A DNA stretch of 64,000 nt from the NCBI GenBank assembly GCA_001816585.1, contig MHCJ01000003.1, positions 11,013-75,012 on the forward strand, in the 5' to 3' direction. Shown one piece after another: positions 57,738 through 64,000 of the stretch. This stretch comes from Candidatus Chisholmbacteria bacterium RIFCSPHIGHO2_01_FULL_52_32 (GTDB lineage: Bacteria > Patescibacteriota > Microgenomatia > UBA1400 > Chisholmbacteraceae). The notes beneath the pieces are model-generated. The model was given only the letters and a program-made list of their open reading frames with translations. It had not been told where the DNA came from and did no database searches. Numbering within the stretch: position 1 is the stretch's first letter; every line of letters begins with the position of its first letter. Made by a program: the position numbers and the translations under genes.

Positions 57738-57771
57738 AGAGGTCGGACCTCTGCACAGAGGTCCGACCTCT
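57738..57771. repeat. Palindromic REP-like doublet
   Basis: agaggtcggacctct-gcac-agaggtccgacctct. Confidence 0.7.
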
Positions 57772-57830
57772 TAAGGCTCCTATTTTTCATGAGTCTTTGC
57801 CATAAGAAGAATTCATAGTACACTTAAGCA

Positions 57831-59159
57831 ATGCGCGTCTTATATGTTGCTGCGGAGGCGGCGCCGATTGTCAAGGTCGGGGGTCTTGGGGATGTAGCGG
57901 GAAGCCTTCCTTTGGCTTTGAAGCGGCTAGGGGTGGATGTGCGGGTGGCTATCCCCTGGTATCCGGAGATCGATGCTTTGCGATGGCAAGTTCAGGAGAA
58001 CGGTGGGGTGGGGGTGACGAGGCTTGGCGAGAGCGAGGTGCCAGTCTATCTTCTGGCTCGGGATGTGTTTGCCGATGCCGGGCCTCATAAGGCGATCGCG
58101 GGGACGAAGGCAGAGGAAACCTGGTTCTCCGGTTTCTGCGATGCGGTCGTAACGTTTCTGAAAGACTCCGAATGGAAGCCGGAAGTCTTGCACGGGAACG
58201 ATTGGCATGTGGCACGGGCCTTGTCCTTTGTTGAGAGAACCTCTCGTGAGACCTTCAGCCAGTGGGGATTTACCCATAAGAACCTGGCGACCATCCTCAC
58301 CATTCATAACCTCAGCTACCACCCAAAAATGATGAAAGAGGCTATTCTTGCTGCGGATGTGATCAACGCGGTTTCACCGACCTATGCGAAAGAAATTCTT
58401 ACTTCAGATTATTGCGAGGGACTCTGTGAAGAGCTCAATGCACGGAAAGCAGATCTTTACGGGATCTTAAACGGGATTGATTACGGAGTTTGGAGTCCGG
58501 AGACGGATGCGCGTGTCTCGACTAAGTACAGCACGGTAACTTGGAAGACGGGAAAAGCGGGAAACAAGATGGCTTTGCGGCAGAAGCTCGGTCTTGCAAA
58601 AGAGGGGGGAATGCTTCTCGGGTTTGTCGGCAGGATCGACGCCAACCAGAAGGGCATCGGGATTTTGGCTGAGGCCATGGACCGGTTGGTGGCGTTGGGT
58701 AGCCAGGTGGTCGTACTGGGGACCGGTGACCCGAAATATGAGAAACGACTGGCCTTGGTGGCTGCCCGTTATCCGAAGAACGTCGCATGTATTTTGCGCT
58801 ACGATGAAGATTTGGCGCACCTTATCTATGCGGGGGCGGATGCGCTGCTTATTCCGAGCAAATTTGAACCCTGCGGATTGATCCAATTGATCGGCATGCG
58901 GTATGGAACTCTCCCAATTGCGCGGGCAACCGGGGGACTTTCCGATACTATTCGGGACGGTGAAACCGGGTTTCTGTTTACCGCATATTCTTCTCAAGGG
59001 TTGGTCGGGGCCGTTGAGCGGGCCCGGGACATGTTCGCGGCCGAACCGGTTTCATGGGAAGTGTTGGTCGGAACCGGCATGCGCGAGGATTTTTCCTGGG
59101 ACCGTTCGGCTGAAGAATATCTTAGGCTGTATGAGCGCGCGCTTGCAAAAAGTGGGTAG
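57831..59159 (+). CDS. glgA: Glycogen synthase (GT5), paralog 2
   Basis: KVGGLGDV, HGNDWH, GILNGID, PSKFEPCGLIQL. Confidence 0.93.
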   Translation: MRVLYVAAEAAPIVKVGGLGDVAGSLPLALKRLGVDVRVAIPWYPEIDALRWQVQENGGVGVTRLGESEVPVYLLARDVFADAGPHKAIAGTKAEETWFSGFCDAVVTFLKDSEWKPEVLHGNDWHVARALSFVERTSRETFSQWGFTHKNLATILTIHNLSYHPKMMKEAILAADVINAVSPTYAKEILTSDYCEGLCEELNARKADLYGILNGIDYGVWSPETDARVSTKYSTVTWKTGKAGNKMALRQKLGLAKEGGMLLGFVGRIDANQKGIGILAEAMDRLVALGSQVVVLGTGDPKYEKRLALVAARYPKNVACILRYDEDLAHLIYAGADALLIPSKFEPCGLIQLIGMRYGTLPIARATGGLSDTIRDGETGFLFTAYSSQGLVGAVERARDMFAAEPVSWEVLVGTGMREDFSWDRSAEEYLRLYERALAKSG

Positions 59160-59292
59160 CTTTTCTCCTGTTTATCCTCCTTTCTTGTTCTTGATCAAGG
59201 TTATTCCTCTTGTGACTTGTGTGCCGCTATGTTTTTATTGAATCGATTCATTGAAATAACTGTGGAGGATCTGGGAAAGGAGGTGAGAGTTT

Positions 59293-59712
59293 CTGACCCA
59301 AGTTTCAAAGCGCATTCTTTCTGATGGAGAATGGAGAGTCCTCTGGGAGCGATTTTTGGACGTCATCGGAAAAACACAAGGTCGTTCAACGCTTTCGATG
59401 GTGTTCCGCGGCTTCCTAACGCCTACCGAGCAGGTAATGCTTTCAAAGCGTGTTATGGCGGGGTTTTTGATCCTGTCCGATTGGGACGCGTATGCGATAT
59501 CCAGTGTGCTTAAGCTTTCGGTTTCAACCGTCTATAAGTTGAAGCATTATCTTGAGTTGAGCAAAGACTACCGGAAGTTTTTGGAAAAACTTTTACCTAA
59601 GAAAATTCCCTTCCAACCGCAAAAAGGTCCGTCGGCCATACCGCCATTGGTCAAGTTACTTGAGAACATCTTTGAGGGCTACAGGCATCGGTCAAGACTG
59701 CTCTACAGCTAA
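59293..59712 (+). CDS. TrpR/YerC-YecD-like HTH protein, probable CTG start
   Basis: FLTPTEQVMLSKR and ISSVLKLSVSTV; frame open to CTG 59293 behind AAGGAGGTGA. Confidence 0.75.
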   Translation: MTQVSKRILSDGEWRVLWERFLDVIGKTQGRSTLSMVFRGFLTPTEQVMLSKRVMAGFLILSDWDAYAISSVLKLSVSTVYKLKHYLELSKDYRKFLEKLLPKKIPFQPQKGPSAIPPLVKLLENIFEGYRHRSRLLYS

Positions 59713-60000
59713 CATGAGTAGCATGGTAGTGAGGTAGTAAGGTAGTAAGAATCTCTTTTACCTGCCTTATCACAAATGAATGAATCGATTGATCGATTCA
59801 TTGTAATGAACAAGAGGGTTGCAATTGAAATATTGAAGGTCGAGTTAGGCAAGCGGGGTGAGATTAGATAAAGAGATGGGTGGCTTCTTTCAGGTATTAG
59901 GGTTGGTTGATTAAGGTGAGAGGCTAGTGAACTGGAGTGTAGATGGACTTCTGATTTCGCAATAGGTTATAGTAGAAATGAAAGATACGGAGGATTTTGC

Positions 60001-60912
60001 ATGGCAAAGTTTGTTCCTGATGTGAATACGAGACGGTGGGTGGTGATTGCCCCTTCCCGCAGCAGCAGGCCGAAGGATAAGGATCATGACATCAATCACG
60101 GAGCGACGCCCGCGCCTGAGCCTCAAGTGGAACTTCCCAAGCGGAACGGCTACAGCTTTAATGAAACCTGCCCGTTTTGCTATGGAAACGAGAAGAGCAC
60201 GCCCCCGGAAATATACCGATGGGGGAGGAAAGATCCCCACGACCCGGATTGGGTGGTTCGGGTGGTTCCCAACAAGTATCCGATTACCGATATCCACGAA
60301 GTGATCATCCATTCTCCGGATCATCTGACCGATATTGACGATTTCCCTCAGGAACATGTGGAAATTATCCTGCGCGTTTACCGCGAGCGGTACAATGCCC
60401 TGCGGAAAAGGGGCCAGGTCATTATTTTTGTAAATGTCGGACCGCAAAGCGGTGCCTCGCTGCAGCATCCACACTCCCAAGTTGTCGTGGTGCCGCATCA
60501 GATCAATTTGGATGTGCTCGCGATTGAGCCTGTCGGTAATGTCATTGAGGAAGGGGAACACTTCATCGCCTGGTCGCCCGATTTTTCCCAATGGCCGTGG
60601 GAGGTGTGGATCGCTCCAAAAATCTGTTGTCAGCGGGAGCACGAGAAGGGAGAGCAGTGCTTTTTTGGCGGTATCCGTGACGAGCAGATTCCGGAGCTTT
60701 CCAGGCTTCTTCAGGCTATGCTGCAACGGCTGCTCGTTCGTTTTCCTGAGATGAGCTACAATTTCTATATTTTTCCGGGAGAATGTTGGTATCTCCGCTT
60801 GATCCCCAGGCTCGTCCACCGTGCGGGTTTTGAGCTCGGAACCGGGCTTTCGGTGAACATCGCCGATCCGACGACGGTAGCAGGGGAGCTGAAGAAGAAC
60901 GGCTCGGCTTAG
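60001..60912 (+). CDS. galT: Galactose-1-phosphate uridylyltransferase-like (GalT/ADP-glucose phosphorylase family)
   Basis: WVVIAPSRSSRP, CPFCYGNE, VRVVPNKYP, GASLQHPHSQ, AGFELG. Confidence 0.88.
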   Translation: MAKFVPDVNTRRWVVIAPSRSSRPKDKDHDINHGATPAPEPQVELPKRNGYSFNETCPFCYGNEKSTPPEIYRWGRKDPHDPDWVVRVVPNKYPITDIHEVIIHSPDHLTDIDDFPQEHVEIILRVYRERYNALRKRGQVIIFVNVGPQSGASLQHPHSQVVVVPHQINLDVLAIEPVGNVIEEGEHFIAWSPDFSQWPWEVWIAPKICCQREHEKGEQCFFGGIRDEQIPELSRLLQAMLQRLLVRFPEMSYNFYIFPGECWYLRLIPRLVHRAGFELGTGLSVNIADPTTVAGELKKNGSA

Positions 60913-60918
60913 ATATTC

Positions 60919-61182
60919 TTCTTTACTTGTCCAAAGAGGGGGTTACTTTCTTACTCGTCTAAGAAAGTAACCAAAGAATGACGCCCCAGTGAGCGTTCTT
61001 TCGAGAGCTTGCTTGCTTATTTTATGCGACCAAAGGTCCGACGTTACGTCGGACCGCTGGAACGCGCTCTGGTCGCATCCTATAGGTATTCGCGCGCTAC
61101 GCTCTCGAATAGCTCCGCTCAAAGGGGATATTTAGGAGAGTGTCTTTTTTGGGCTATTCTTGAATTGTTGCGTTCAAAGGGG
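60919..61182 (+). repeat. Structured interspersed repeat, copy 2 (60941-61127), flanked by remnants of a possible third copy
   Basis: Similar to 23892-24080; partial ends at 60919-60937 and 61171-61182. Confidence 0.72.
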
Positions 61183-61223
61183 AACTAGAGAGTAAAGATG
61201 CTACAAGCTAGAAAGCTATGAAG

Positions 61224-61481
61224 CTATGTTGATGGGGATTCTTTCGGAGTCATACCGAGAACCCAGAGGACGGATTCTTTCCGGTAGCGGCGGTCGCCGC
61301 GGGAATTGATGCGGATTGCCGGAAGCTTGCCCCGTTTCCCCCAGCGCTTGATGGTGAGGGGGGAGACTCTCAAGAGTTCTGCAACTTCTCGTACCGTCAG
61401 AAGATCGGGAAGATTGTCCAACGAGAGGTATCGTTTTCCGCTCAGGCTCTTCGCCGCGCTTCCTACATCACTCAATTCCAT
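61224..61481 (-). CDS. BldC/excisionase-like MerR-type HTH DNA-binding protein
   Basis: LLTVREVAELLRVSPLTIKRWGKRGKL..RGDRRY. Confidence 0.88.
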   Translation of the reverse strand: MELSDVGSAAKSLSGKRYLSLDNLPDLLTVREVAELLRVSPLTIKRWGKRGKLPAIRINSRGDRRYRKESVLWVLGMTPKESPST

Positions 61482-61671
61482 ACCACTACGCACTATATCA
61501 GAGCGTTTCGCTTCGTGTCAACAGGAGATTTTCCGTATCAGTTTCCGACGGCTCAGGTTTCACTTCAGCTCAACTTGCGCTTCCCGAAAAAATTCCAGTT
61601 TGCTCGCTCGATCATACTGTCGTGCTTCGCATTCTGGAATTTAACGGGACGGCTCAGGTGGAGTTTCAGAG

Positions 61672-62100
61672 TTACTTCAACTCCACTTGAGCGCCTGCTT
61701 CTTCTAATTTTTTCTTAGCCTCTTGGGCCTCTTCCTTTTTGGCTCGCTCAAGGAGTTTTTGCGGAGTCTTTTCGACGAGTTCTTTGGCTTCCTTGAGACC
61801 CAGATCCTGTCTGATTTCGCGGACAGCCTTGATGACACCGATTTTGTTTGCACCCGAAGAGGCGAGGATGACATCGAACTCGCTTTGTTCCGGTACTGCT
61901 GGTTGGCCTGCAGCGGGAGCTCCGGGAGCTTGGGCCGCCGGCGCTTGAGCCATTGCCATCGGTTGAGCGGATACTCCGAACTTCTCTTCCAAAACCTTTA
62001 CCAGGTCTGAAAGATCGACGACGGTAAGCTTCTCAATTTCCTCGACGATCTTCTGAACGCTTCCGGCAAGTTTTTTCACTGCTTTTGGTTTGTCTGCCAT
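61672..62100 (-). CDS. rplL: 50S ribosomal protein L7/L12
   Basis: [38 protein letters not shown]. Confidence 0.97.
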   Translation of the reverse strand: MADKPKAVKKLAGSVQKIVEEIEKLTVVDLSDLVKVLEEKFGVSAQPMAMAQAPAAQAPGAPAAGQPAVPEQSEFDVILASSGANKIGVIKAVREIRQDLGLKEAKELVEKTPQKLLERAKKEEAQEAKKKLEEAGAQVELK

Positions 62101-62149
62101 AATTAACTCACCCCCTTTATGATTAGCGTCTAGCGTTTAGTGTCTCTGT

Positions 62150-62689
62150 TTAGTTTGCGGGTTTAGCTTCTTTTATTGCTTTAAGAACAAAGACGAGTTT
62201 TTTGTAGTTTCCCGAAAGGACATGGACAAGGCGTGATATCGGTGTGTTCAGCGAGCCGATGAGCTGGGATCGGAGTTGGTCTTTGGTCGGAAGCTCGGCG
62301 AGCTCGTTAATCTCTTCTTCGGACAGCAGTCTCTCCGACGGTTTTAGCCAGATACCAAGCTTGGATTTTGGCAACTCATGTTCCTTGGAAAATTCAATGA
62401 GTGCCTTGATCGGAGCGATCTCGTCCTCAAAGGCAAAAAGGAAGGCTGTTGGACCCCGCAAAACGTCTTCGACGTCGCGGGGCAAGCCCTTTCTCTTCTC
62501 TTGAAATGCGAGCTTAAAGAGCGTGTTCTTGGCAACGAGGAATTGGCCACCGGTTTGGGTTATTTTTTCCCTGAGATCCCGTTGGAGATTCACCGGAAGG
62601 CCCGAATAATCTGAAAGGATGACCAGCTTTGCACGGGAGAGCTTGTCTGAAAGGTCCCGGACGGCAGTGATGTTTTGTTGGGAAGGCAT
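62150..62689 (-). CDS. rplJ: 50S ribosomal protein L10
   Basis: DYSGL, VAKNTLF, GPTA, LAELPTK; adjacent to rplL. Confidence 0.95.
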   Translation of the reverse strand: MPSQQNITAVRDLSDKLSRAKLVILSDYSGLPVNLQRDLREKITQTGGQFLVAKNTLFKLAFQEKRKGLPRDVEDVLRGPTAFLFAFEDEIAPIKALIEFSKEHELPKSKLGIWLKPSERLLSEEEINELAELPTKDQLRSQLIGSLNTPISRLVHVLSGNYKKLVFVLKAIKEAKPAN

Positions 62690-62754
62690 ACAGATAGGGT
62701 TTAGGGTATAGGGTCTAGGGTTTAGTGTCTCGAATAAAAGAAAGCAGAAATAAA

Positions 62755-62838
62755 AAACTTCTCCGCGGGGAGAAGTCACAAAAAAAAGACTTTTTCTCCT
62801 CGGCAGGACTTACGTTATGCCTGCTGTCTTCGGACGAA
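62755..62838 (-). promoter_or_regulatory. Ribosomal protein L10 leader
   Basis: ccgaagacagcagg...cctgccgagg motif followed by hairpin cttctcc/ggagaag upstream of rplJ. Confidence 0.85.
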
Positions 62839-62916
62839 TCAGATTGTAGGGGTTTGGGGAAGGCTTGTCAAGCCTTGTCATTGTTTGTTCGTTTGGAAAA
62901 CCGCAAACTTGTAGGC

Positions 62917-63759
62917 TTAGGCGATCGGGAAGCGTTGCGGGCTTGAGTCTGGGCTGTCCGGAGGGAGGGGCAGAGTCTGCTCGAGCGGAACGGCGGAGAG
63001 AATCTCAACCCATTCCGGGATAAATACTGTACCGAGTTGCGTGGGGAAGGTAGCTCGAATTTCTCTTCCGTCTTGACCGCTTACTGTGTACGAGAGGGTG
63101 TCGGGTGCACCGTCGGCTTGGTCGGTCCATATTTTTGTCAGTCCGATCCAGTTGACCTTGCAGGAAGCGTTGACCTGGTCAAAAATTTGTTCCGTTGTAA
63201 CGAGACGAATGACTTCTTGTTTTCTGAACGATTGGTCAAGGATTATGGCGGAAGGGTCGTCCGGATACGGGCCAGTGGTTTCGCTGGGGAAAGGCGGGAG
63301 AACGACCGCGGCGGTCAGAATAGGCAGCTGTCTGGGTAGGCGGAGATCTTGCTTCCGGACAGCCTCGGCTGCTTCAGGGGAAAAGGAGGAACGCGCCTTT
63401 TTGGCATCGCTCGATGACCAAGGAAGCGCGATTGCGATCTTTCTATCCAAAGGGGAATCGAGTCGGGGGAGATAGGACACTTCTCTGGCAATCTCTGGGT
63501 TGCGATAAAGCTGAGCGAAGCGATAGTCTTTTTCGGGATTGAACATGTCGCGGTAGAGGTCAAGGAGTTCTGTTTCAGAAATGCTGACAGGAGCATTTGA
63601 TTCGGTTCCCATCCGCTCGCCTGCAATGTCGGAGAGTGCGATAACGGTTCCTCCCACGATTCCGAATCCTACGCCTGCACCCAGAAACTTTCCGGAAAGC
63701 TCAAGAAATTCGCGACGGGTCATTCCTTTGGGATGTCGGGCGGTTTCACTTACTGCCAT
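62917..63759 (-). CDS. Hypothetical protein with twin-arginine-like N-terminus
   Basis: MTRREFLELSG followed by a hydrophobic stretch. Confidence 0.75.
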   Translation of the reverse strand: MAVSETARHPKGMTRREFLELSGKFLGAGVGFGIVGGTVIALSDIAGERMGTESNAPVSISETELLDLYRDMFNPEKDYRFAQLYRNPEIAREVSYLPRLDSPLDRKIAIALPWSSSDAKKARSSFSPEAAEAVRKQDLRLPRQLPILTAAVVLPPFPSETTGPYPDDPSAIILDQSFRKQEVIRLVTTEQIFDQVNASCKVNWIGLTKIWTDQADGAPDTLSYTVSGQDGREIRATFPTQLGTVFIPEWVEILSAVPLEQTLPLPPDSPDSSPQRFPIA

Positions 63760-63880
63760 TGGCCCATATTACCCTATAGCGCATGGCCTGTCAATGGTAT
63801 ACAGGCTATGTTTTTTTACCACAACTGCCGCAGTAGGAATCTCCACTGAGATTTCTGTATACTGTTCATGAAAGGAGTAT

Positions 63881-64000
63881 ATGCCTGATACAAACACACA
63901 GGAAACCAAAGAGCAGGATCCGGTTGAAGGCATCCGTAGCGCCTTAAACCAGGCCATGGGATTCTTAAAGAGGCTATTGGGTCAAGAGGAGGGTGAACTT
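63881..64000 (+). CDS. Hypothetical protein, 3'-truncated by window edge
   Basis: AAGGAG then MPDTNTQETKEQDPVEGIRS..., open to the end. Confidence 0.6.
   Translation, partial: MPDTNTQETKEQDPVEGIRSALNQAMGFLKRLLGQEEGEL

Noticed and set aside
61224-61481. Prophage excisionase
   Set aside because: No phage genes or integrase; it sits next to rplL and fits a chromosomal BldC-like regulator

Overview
Chromosomal window of a bacterium that is most likely Patescibacteria/CPR, Microgenomates-like. This is inferred from the split comEC, the CPR-type VirB4/TraG-like ATPase, a BldC-like HTH protein, a GlgA/GH57/GalT cluster and frequent near-leaderless promoters. Core genes are radA, rho, leuS, argS, ndk, mreB, rmlA, rplJ/rplL with an L10 leader, and four tRNAs. 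It also carries DNA-uptake genes (comEA, comEC, ComEC-type MBL domain), type IV pilin-like genes, glycosyltransferases, an alpha-glucan cluster and many short orphan genes. The unexplained signal is mostly non-coding. (1) Degenerate 7/8-nt tandem repeats show a consistent polarity at gene ends and are also inserted in-frame into RadA, LeuS, ArgS and prepilin leaders. (2) A Y1/RAYT transposase has ten 25-nt REP-like palindromes, some bracketing single orphan genes. (3) Several genes have displaced, diverged duplicate termini, two of them next to a related CCCGC...GCGGG hairpin, which suggests insertion by gene-end replacement. (4) Two divergent structured ncRNA candidates lie upstream of rho. 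(5) A roughly 190-nt structured repeat shows compensatory changes between its copies. (6) Three genes form a cassette-like array with repeated promoter junctions. No CRISPR array, rRNA, integrase or reverse transcriptase was recognised. All calls were made by eye; no database search or folding program was run.
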